Source: Dictyostelium discoideum (lineage: Eukaryota). Taken from it: a DNA stretch of 4,495 nucleotides. Both the position numbers and the translations under genes were made by a program. The stretch is taken from assembly GCA_000004695.1 (NCBI GenBank), contig CH709173.1:1-4495 (forward strand). Direction: 5' to 3'. The notes below the pieces were generated by a model. That model did no database searches, was not told the DNA's origin, and saw nothing but the letters and a program-made list of their open reading frames with translations. This document shows positions 1-4,495 of this stretch, piece after piece. The first letter of the stretch is position 1. Each line of letters opens with the position of its first letter.

Positions 1-50
1 GATTTTTTTTTTTTTTTTAATTTTTTTTTTTTTTAAAAAAAAATTTTATT
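1..50. repeat. Homopolymer low-complexity tract (T18, T14, A9)
   Basis: Direct reading: gat(t)18aa(t)14(a)9ttttatt. It lies immediately upstream of where similarity of the pseudogene copy to the downstream gene begins. Confidence 0.9.
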
Positions 51-87
51 AACTTACCAGCTATTATTTAATTGGGTATCATTTTAT

Positions 88-767
88 TTTAAAAGAACTG
101 GTGATTGGTTTTGAAAGCATTGATATTATTGATGAAGTTGAAGAAATCTAAAATAATACTTTTTTTGGTTTTTTTTTAGATTAAATTTGCTTTTAAGGGG
201 GGTTTTTCTTCGCTGTGTATGGATTCTATATTTTTAGCAAATTTACCTATCGATGGGCACTTTTTGAGTTACAAATGAAGAGTCAATTTTTTATTTTGAA
301 ATTTATTCAGGTGTTAAATTATTAATTGAAAAAAAAAATTTTTTAGAATATTTAGATTTCTCAAAAGACTATGAGCAGGGGATTTATAAAAATTATAAAT
401 CTGGAGAACAATTTAAAAAAATAAAAAATTCAATTTTATATAAATTTATTTTATTAAGAATATTTATTGACGGAATGAGTCATCAAGGTAGATCAGATTA
501 TACTATAATGGGGGATTTTGAAAATTATGTTGGCCCATTTTTTAAAATATGCCATGCCAACTTAAAAAATGGACTGGAAATAAAATTGTTTTATTTATTG
601 TTCCAAAAGAATGGTTTTACAATATACATCAAACAATTAAAAAATTATTTTCAGCGCAATTTAATAATAAATTAATAATTAAAGATAATAATGGATATGA
701 TTATGAAATTATAACATATGGATTAACAATCACAGCGGCGAAAATCAACACTTTAAAGCACCTTTAA
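88..767 (+). pseudogene. Degenerate partial paralog (pseudogene fragment) of the C-terminal conserved domain of the gene at 2962..>4495
   Basis: Hand translation matches the downstream protein in four segments. (1) 95-150: ELVIGFESIDIIDEVEEI* vs EFLMLGIENSISLKLLEKF. (2) 219-267: MDSIFLANLPIDGHFL vs MDKLFMEDFQIKGETF. (3) 280-534 in one frame: ESIFYFEIYSGVKLLIEKKNFLEYLDFSKDYEQGIYKNYKSGEQFKKIKNSILYKFILLRIFIDGMSHQGRSDYTIMGDFENYVG vs HSIFYFEIKKVLETLLNKKQFFERIDFDTDFETGIYTNYKSGQQFKDLKNKNKNKIVLLRIFTDSMQCQNKKDYTIMLDIENYIG (about 56% identical by eye). (4) 549-767 in a different frame: KIVLFIVPKEWFYNIHQTIKKLFSAQFNNKLIIKDNNGYDYEIITYGLT vs KLLLFVVPNDWLLNFHQTIRALFSSF/GNGFNLIIENEQIDVIPFGLT. The colinear segments are separated by in-frame stops (taa 148-150, tag 235-237, tga 265-267) and a 29-nt net insertion relative to the downstream copy near 530-600. 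Similarity ends at 767, equivalent to about 4160 in the downstream gene. No zinc-finger or N/E-rich region is present upstream. Confidence 0.6.
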
Positions 768-780
768 ATCCAAGTACTCT

Positions 781-960
781 TTTTAATATATATTAATAAG
801 TATACTTAATAAGTAATACTTATTAAGTATACTTAATAAGTATACTTATTAAGTACACTTTATTAAGTATTACTTAATAAGTATACTTATTAAGTATACT
901 TTATAAGTATACTTTATAAGTACTACTTAATAAGTACACTTATTAATATATATTAATAAT
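781..960. repeat. Array of about 11 palindromic decamers AAGT(A/C)(T/A)ACTT with 12-14 bp period, flanked by inverted termini TTAATATATATTAATAAGT(A/G)TACTT
   Basis: AAGTATACTT is its own reverse complement and contains GTATAC. Copies or variants start at about 799, 813, 827, 840, 852, 866, 881, 893, 905, 917 and 932. 783-807 is the reverse complement of 932-956 with one mismatch, so the whole block is roughly self-complementary. Confidence 0.85.
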
Positions 961-1087
961 TAGTTATTATTCTTTTAAATGTTTTATATGGGAATCGAAC
1001 CCGCGACCTCCCTTTTCAGAAGTTCCGCGGATGGAATATTTTAGATGGGAATCGAACCTGTGACCTCCCTTTCCGGAAGTTCCGTTT

Positions 1088-1093
1088 AAAAAA
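1088..1093 (-). terminator. T6 run on the minus strand, 5 nt downstream of the tRNA-like unit: pol III terminator-like
   Basis: Minus strand reads ...TTCGATTCCCATATGCAACA TTTTTT AAACGG. T-runs of 4 or more terminate pol III. The 3' layout (T-loop, 5 nt, 7 nt, 1 nt, T6) mimics a tRNA gene 3' end. Confidence 0.35.
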
Positions 1094-1101
1094 TGTTGCA
1101 T

Positions 1102-1158
1102 ATGGGAATCGAACCCGTGACCTCTTACATACTAAGCTACCATATGAGCTAAATAAGC
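1102..1158 (-). pseudogene. tRNA-like pseudogene or tRNA-derived pol III unit (A-box-like plus B-box; anticodon arm too short)
   Basis: Minus-strand read: GCTTATTTAGCTCATATGGTAGCTTAGTATGTAAGAGGTCACGGGTTCGATTCCCATATG. TAGCTCATATGG resembles the A-box/D-arm (TRGCNNAGNGG), and the B-box follows about 30 nt later. The T-stem has one mismatch (ACGGG/CCCAT). Only about 16 nt lie between the D-arm and T-stem, where about 22 are needed. No 5' acceptor strand is complementary to the 3' side ATGCAAC. Hence not an intact tRNA. Confidence 0.4.
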
Positions 1159-1227
1159 TTTGATTATTTTTCAATATAAATAGCTGAAATATTAATGTAA
1201 AAAAATTAAAAAAAATAATAAAAAAAA

Positions 1228-1357
1228 TGAAACTATAAAACACAAATAAAATGATATGTTTTATTTTTTAATTTAATGTTGTATAAATCTTTGTAAATAC
1301 ACTGAGAAATAATATTCAGAATATTTCTGAAACTATAAAACATAAATAAAATGATAT
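1228..1357 (+). repeat. 30-bp direct repeat pair TGAAACTATAAAACA(C/T)AAATAAAATGATAT at 1228-1257 and 1328-1357 (exactly 100 bp apart, 1 mismatch)
   Basis: Direct comparison of the two copies. A weaker similarity of the following 20-30 nt (tctttgtaaa...gagaaataat vs tctttctgaaaaataat) suggests a diverged 100-bp tandem duplication. Confidence 0.8.
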
Positions 1358-1560
1358 TATATAAAAAATAACATAATCTTTCTGAAAAATAATTTTTTTT
1401 TTTTTTTTATTTTTTTTATTTTTATTTTTTTAGTAATTGTTGACTAAAACCTATAAATATTTTCATTTATGTAACTACTGTATTCTAAACTTTACTACAA
1501 TTATATATTTGATATGTGTTTATTATTAAATTACCATTATAAATTGTAAAAAATTACTTT

Positions 1561-1670
1561 TTTAATTTTTTTTTTTTTTTTTACCTTTTTTTTTTATCTT
1601 TAATTTTTTTTTTTCTTTTTTTTTACCTTTTTTTTTATCTTTTTTTTTTACTTTTTTTTTTTTTCCAAAA
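1561..1670. repeat. T-rich simple repeat, (T)9-14 interrupted periodically by ACC / ATC / AA
   Basis: ...t14 acc t10 atc ttt aa t12 c t9 acc t9 atc t10 ac t14 cc: about 20-bp periodic interruption of poly(T). Confidence 0.85.
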
Positions 1671-1741
1671 TATTATTGATACATTTGTTGTTAAAATACA
1701 TTGATATTATTAAAAAAATTTAAATATTTTTATGTGTGATG

Positions 1742-1775
1742 AAAAAAAATCAAAAAAAAAAAAAAAAAAAAAAAA
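1742..1775. repeat. poly(A) tract (A8 T C A24)
   Basis: Direct reading; A24 uninterrupted at 1752-1775. Confidence 0.9.
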
Positions 1776-1980
1776 TTTAGGAATTTTTTTTTAACACAAA
1801 AAAAAAATAAAAAATTTTGTAATTTTTTTTTTTTTTAACGAAAAAAATAATATAATAAAATAACAATATAAATAATAATTTAGATAAATAATTGAAATAA
1901 AATAAATAATATGAACACAAGAATAAAAATTTAAATAAAAACAAATATGCTTTATTCACAGCAAAGAAAAATGCACCTTT

Positions 1981-2040
1981 AAAGCCAATTTAAAGCAAAT
2001 ACAATTTAAATTGGCTTTAAATTGGCTTTAAATTTGCTTT
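1981..2040. repeat. Inverted repeat built from mirrored 11-bp units: AAAGCCAATTT-AAAGCAAAT | ACAATTT | AAATTGGCTTT-AAATTGGCTTT-AAATTTGCTTT
   Basis: AAATTGGCTTT (2008-2018, 2019-2029) is the reverse complement of AAAGCCAATTT (1981-1991). AAATTTGCTTT (2030-2040) is the reverse complement of AAAGCAAATTT, matching 1992-2000 with a small insertion. A hairpin or cruciform with tandemly repeated arms can form. Confidence 0.8.
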
Positions 2041-2100
2041 TTAAAAAGGTAATTTTAAAGATATTTTTAAGGTCATTTAAAATTACATTAAAAATGACCT

Positions 2101-2161
2101 TTTAAATTTATTATAAAGCGGTTTTTAAATAATGTTTTAATCACTTTATAATAAATTTAAA
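2101..2161. repeat. Perfect 18-bp inverted repeat TTTAAATTTATTATAAAG ... CTTTATAATAAATTTAAA with a 25-bp spacer
   Basis: 2101-2118 is the exact reverse complement of 2144-2161. Adjacent smaller inverted repeats: AAGGTCATTT 2069-2078 / AAATGACCTT 2092-2101; GTAATTTT 2049-2056 / AAAATTAC 2079-2086; near-palindrome GTAATTTAAAATTAC 2177-2191. Confidence 0.9.
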
Positions 2162-2237
2162 AAAGTTATTTTTAATGTAATTTAAAATTACTTATTAATC
2201 CTTTTTTAAGCTTTTATTAATTATATTTTTTAAAATA

Positions 2238-2270
2238 CATTTTAAATGCATTTTAAATACATTTCAAATC
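2238..2270 (+). repeat. 3 x 11-bp tandem repeat CATTTTAAAT(G/A) / CATTTCAAATC
   Basis: cattttaaatg cattttaaata catttcaaatc read directly. Confidence 0.7.
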
Positions 2271-2302
2271 AATTTTTACACTATTTATTTCAAATTTATT
2301 AT

Positions 2303-2375
2303 AAAAAAAAAAAAAAATAAGAAAATAAAAAAAAAAAAAAAAAAATTAAGAAAATTAAAAAAAAAAAAAAACTAA
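2303..2375. repeat. A-rich low complexity with periodic TAAGAAAAT / TTAAGAAAATT insertions
   Basis: a15 taagaaaat a20 ttaagaaaatt a14 ct a5. Confidence 0.85.
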
Positions 2376-2753
2376 AAAGATAACCAAATTAATTTTAATT
2401 CTTTATTTATTTGTTCCAGTGGCAATTGAATTCTATTATTATTATTTTTATTAATTAATAATAAATAAGTGTTTCAGTTGCCTTGGGTTTTATTTTATGT
2501 TATTTTAAATTTTACTTCTCATTTCAAAAAGCGAAAAATATCAAAAAAAAAAAAAAAAAAAAAATTTAATTATTTGTTTTGCATATTTATATTATAAGTA
2601 TAAACATACATATAAAAAAAGATTTTTTATTTTTTATTTTTTATAATTAATAAACAATTAACGAGTGCACAGGTATATTATTGCATTAGTGTAGTTTTAC
2701 AATAAATTGGGCAGATTTTATAGTTTTTTTTTTTTTTATTTTAAAAAGAAAAA

Positions 2754-2830
2754 GGTATAGACAGGGTCATAGGTTCCCCGTCATTTTTTGAAAATGGGGT
2801 ATATCCCTCTAAATATAAAATTTTAAGTAC
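2754..2830 (+). promoter_or_regulatory. GC-containing island with imperfect palindrome CCCCGTCATTTTTTGAAAATGGGG (2776-2799) and TATA-like ATATAAAA (2813-2820); candidate promoter/enhancer of the gene at 2962
   Basis: It is the only G/C-bearing segment in about 500 bp of >90% AT sequence. It lies about 130-210 bp upstream of an ATG in AAAATG context, and TATA-like elements at 2813-2820 and 2851-2857 follow it. No TSS data are available, so this is positional inference. Confidence 0.3.
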
Positions 2831-2961
2831 TAAATCATATATCTACTTGCTATAATGCTAAAATTTGAATAAAATGAAAAAAAAAAAAAAAAAAAAAACG
2901 TAAAAACTCGAGGAAAAAAAAAAAAAAAAATATTATTTTTAATTTCCAGCCAGCAAACAAA

Positions 2962-4095
2962 ATGAATTTAAATAACATATCATGCATTAATTGCAGAGAA
3001 AAATTAAAGAATTTTAAAAATATTATTATTCATTATATTATGCATAAAAATATATGTCCATTTTGTCTTGCATATTACCGTTCTTATAAACAATTTTATG
3101 ATGTAAATGGACATTTCAACACCAAAAAATGTAAAAATGAACAAAATAAAATTATTACAAATAATCAAAAAAGAGATATCTTTTATAAAAAATTAATGGA
3201 TATTACTGGTGAAAAAATAAAATATCCAACAAATGATCCAGATGACCCATGTAAACATTTATGTAACCAAAACCAAGATGAAATTTTTTATCAAGAAAAT
3301 AATGAAAATAATGAAAATAATCAAACAATTGATAATGTAGAAAATCATGATATAATTGGGTTGGTACATAGTGAAGATGAAAACAATGAAATTAGAATAG
3401 ATGAAAATGAAGCAAACATTAATAATGAAAATAATGAAAATAATGAAAATGAAAATGCTCAAAACGAACCAATAAATAATAATCTAAATAATAATTTAGA
3501 TAATGAAAAATCAAAAAAAAAATTAAATGAGACTGAAATTGAATTTTTAATGTTGGGAATTGAAAACTCAATAAGTTTAAAGCTACTTGAAAAATTTAAA
3601 AGTTTTATTGACAAAAATAAAACCAATTTAAATCAAATAAGATACACACCTCAATATATGGATAAATTATTTATGGAAGATTTTCAAATAAAAGGAGAAA
3701 CATTTATAAATAAAAATTATGATCACTCAATTTTTTATTTTGAAATTAAAAAAGTATTAGAAACTTTATTAAATAAAAAGCAATTTTTTGAAAGAATAGA
3801 TTTTGATACAGATTTTGAAACTGGAATTTATACAAATTATAAAAGTGGTCAACAATTTAAAGATTTAAAAAATAAAAATAAAAATAAAATTGTATTACTT
3901 AGAATATTCACTGATAGTATGCAGTGTCAAAACAAGAAAGATTATACTATAATGCTGGATATAGAAAATTATATTGGAAATGAATTTAAAAATAATAAAT
4001 TATTATTATTTGTAGTACCAAATGATTGGTTACTTAATTTTCATCAAACAATTAGGGCATTGTTTTCATCTTTTTTGGTAATGGCTTTAATTTAA
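2962..4095 (+). CDS. Protein with two N-terminal C2H2-type zinc fingers, an N/E-rich low-complexity linker and a conserved C-terminal domain of unknown function (possible transposase-like or domesticated element protein); segment upstream of a -1 frame break
   Basis: 377-codon ORF from the track. ATG at 2962 in AAAATGAAT context, preceded by an in-frame TAA. Residues 8-28: C-x2-C-x12-H-x3-H with a hydrophobic C-x3-L-x5-I-x2-H pattern (classic C2H2). Residues 32-57: C-x2-C-x15-H-x5-C. Residues about 112-186 are an N/E repeat (NNENNENNE...). Residues about 190-377 are conserved with the upstream pseudogene copy. AT3-biased codon usage is consistent with the surrounding genome. Confidence 0.75.
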   Translation: MNLNNISCINCREKLKNFKNIIIHYIMHKNICPFCLAYYRSYKQFYDVNGHFNTKKCKNEQNKIITNNQKRDIFYKKLMDITGEKIKYPTNDPDDPCKHLCNQNQDEIFYQENNENNENNQTIDNVENHDIIGLVHSEDENNEIRIDENEANINNENNENNENENAQNEPINNNLNNNLDNEKSKKKLNETEIEFLMLGIENSISLKLLEKFKSFIDKNKTNLNQIRYTPQYMDKLFMEDFQIKGETFINKNYDHSIFYFEIKKVLETLLNKKQFFERIDFDTDFETGIYTNYKSGQQFKDLKNKNKNKIVLLRIFTDSMQCQNKKDYTIMLDIENYIGNEFKNNKLLLFVVPNDWLLNFHQTIRALFSSFLVMALI

Positions 4096-4495
4096 TTATT
4101 GAAAATGAACAAATAGATGTTATACCGTTTGGACTGACAATGGATATTCCAGAATTTAGAGCATCGTGTAAACTTAATGGACATAATTCAAATGAATATG
4201 CATGTCACACATGTGACAAACCAAGAGATGGTTTATTTATTTGCCATTCAGGTACATTAACAAAACAAGAAGATATTACAAATTTTCACTCCACCAAACC
4301 AAATTATGCTGAATTAAATGCTGATATAGAATTAAAAAAAATATGGGAAAAAAAAGCAAAAGATATTGGTATCAAAGGTGTGGGCAGAGGGTGGGTCGAA
4401 CCTTTGTCCATTAATTATTTAAAAACACAACCAGACATATTACATAATATTTTATTAGGTGTCGCACAAAGATGTTTATATTACAATTTTGATAA
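4056..4495 (+). CDS. Continuation of the same gene in the -1 frame (3' partial, open to the window end)
   Basis: The frame with codons starting at multiples of 3 is open from 4056 to 4495. Its hand translation begins GIVFIFFGNGFNLIIENEQIDVIPFGLTMDIPEFRASCKLNGHNSNEYACHTCDKPRDGLFICHSG... and continues VGRGWVEPLSINYLKTQPDILHNILLGVAQRCLYYNFD. Its start (FGNGFNLII...IPFGLT) is colinear with the upstream paralog (FNNKLII...ITYGLT). One extra T in the run 4071-4076 would fuse it to the 2962 ORF. Confidence 0.55.

Larger units (their letters stand above)
988..1158 (-). repeat. Three tandem 57-bp tRNA-3'-half-like units, each with a perfect RNA polymerase III B-box (GGTTCGATTCC)
   Basis: On the + strand, ATGGGAATCGAACC(C/T)G(C/T)GACCTC recurs at 988, 1045 and 1102 (period 57). 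Its reverse complement GAGGTC(A/G)C(A/G)GGTTCGATTCCCAT is a tRNA T-arm consensus (B-box GGTTCGANTCC). Units 988-1030 and 1045-1084 share about 40 nt, CGGAACTTC.GAAAGGGAGGTC...GGTTCGATTCCCAT. Confidence 0.75.

Noticed and set aside
988-1158. A CRISPR-like array (regular 57-bp periodicity with conserved and variable parts)
   Set aside because: The conserved part is a tRNA T-arm/B-box, the variable parts are related to each other, there are only three units, and the context is eukaryotic. It is not a CRISPR.
1016-1243. 75-aa minus-strand ORF from the six-frame track
   Set aside because: It runs straight through the three tRNA-like repeat units and an A-rich tract. The translation is low-complexity (FIIFFNFF…), and the region is better explained as pol III-type elements.
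1777-1959. 60-aa minus-strand ORF
   Set aside because: It translates poly(A)/poly(T) and AT-simple sequence into F/K/L/Y runs, with no start context or conservation. It is a compositional artefact.
1955-1975. TTCACAGCAAAG resembling the conserved 11-nt motif (CCTTACAGCAA) of dictyostelid Class I small RNAs; also TCCCATAT at the ends of the tRNA-like units resembling the DUSE upstream element
   Set aside because: Only a 7-mer core matches, there is no convincing GC-clamped terminal stem around it, and the DUSE-like strings are part of the tRNA T-stem/acceptor region. This is too weak to call an ncRNA gene.
2860-2940. A21-CGT-A5-CTCGAGG-A17 resembling an oligo(dT)-XhoI cDNA primer artefact
   Set aside because: The order and spacing do not match a linker-primer (the site is followed, not preceded, by the A-run on this strand). 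It sits between a promoter-like island and an ATG within contiguous genomic-looking sequence, and is more likely a natural oligo(A) leader.
3259-3462. 67-aa minus-strand ORF antisense to the main CDS
   Set aside because: It is antisense to the AAT/GAA repeat tract, giving an I/F-rich artefact. The sense strand has the zinc-finger gene with paralog support.
3835-3990. GIY (ETGIYTNY) and YIG (ENYIGNEF) tripeptides suggesting a GIY-YIG nuclease
   Set aside because: The two motifs are about 45 residues apart, against about 10-11 in genuine GIY-YIG domains, and the downstream R/E/N landmarks are not evident. This is probably coincidence, though both tripeptides are conserved in the paralog.
4063-4152. 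Short intron (GT at 4063 or 4078, AG at 4116 or 4152) to explain the frame change
   Set aside because: Every GT..AG combination here has a length divisible by 3, so none restores the frame. They would also delete residues (IDVIPFGLT) that are conserved in the paralog.
2962-4495. Ciliate-type alternative genetic code, or Euplotes-style +1 programmed frameshift at the AAT TTA ATT TAA stop
   Set aside because: All roughly 17 Gln codons in the ORF are CAA/CAG, and there is no in-frame TAA/TAG for 377 codons, which is implausible for a ciliate. The required shift is -1 (or +2), not +1, and maps to the T6 run about 17 nt upstream of the stop.

Overview
This window is about 85% AT and looks like eukaryotic protist genomic DNA. 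It uses the standard genetic code: a 377-codon ORF has many Gln codons, all CAA/CAG, which argues against a ciliate. By inference only, the style resembles a dictyostelid or similar amoebozoan, given the long pure poly(A)/poly(T) runs, AAAATG start context and N/E-rich low-complexity coding.

Contents, 5' to 3':
1. A degenerate, truncated paralogous pseudogene copy (about 88-767, + strand) of the C-terminal domain of the downstream gene. It has stops at 148-150, 235-237 and 265-267 and a 29-nt net insertion near 530-600.
2. A 175-bp array of palindromic AAGTATACTT-type decamers (781-960).
3. On the minus strand, three tandem 57-bp tRNA-3'-half-like units (988-1158). Each carries a perfect pol III B-box, GGTTCGATTCC. 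The first-transcribed unit also has an A-box-like element and a T6 run 5 nt downstream. None folds into an intact tRNA.
4. About 1.7 kb of repeat-rich AT spacer with a 30-bp direct repeat pair, a dense cluster of perfect inverted repeats (1978-2200) and homopolymer tracts.
5. A short GC-containing island with an imperfect palindrome and a TATA-like motif (2754-2830).
6. A gene starting at 2962 (+). It encodes two N-terminal C2H2-type zinc fingers, an N/E-rich linker and a conserved C-terminal domain of unknown function. The reading frame breaks by -1 at a T6 homopolymer (4071-4076) and continues open to the window end.

The most interesting signal is a multicopy zinc-finger/novel-domain gene, one intact-looking copy and one decayed copy, flanking a pol III (tRNA-like) element cluster and structured palindromic repeats. 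That arrangement is compatible with a tRNA-associated mobile or domesticated element family, but I cannot assign the C-terminal domain to a known family from sequence alone.
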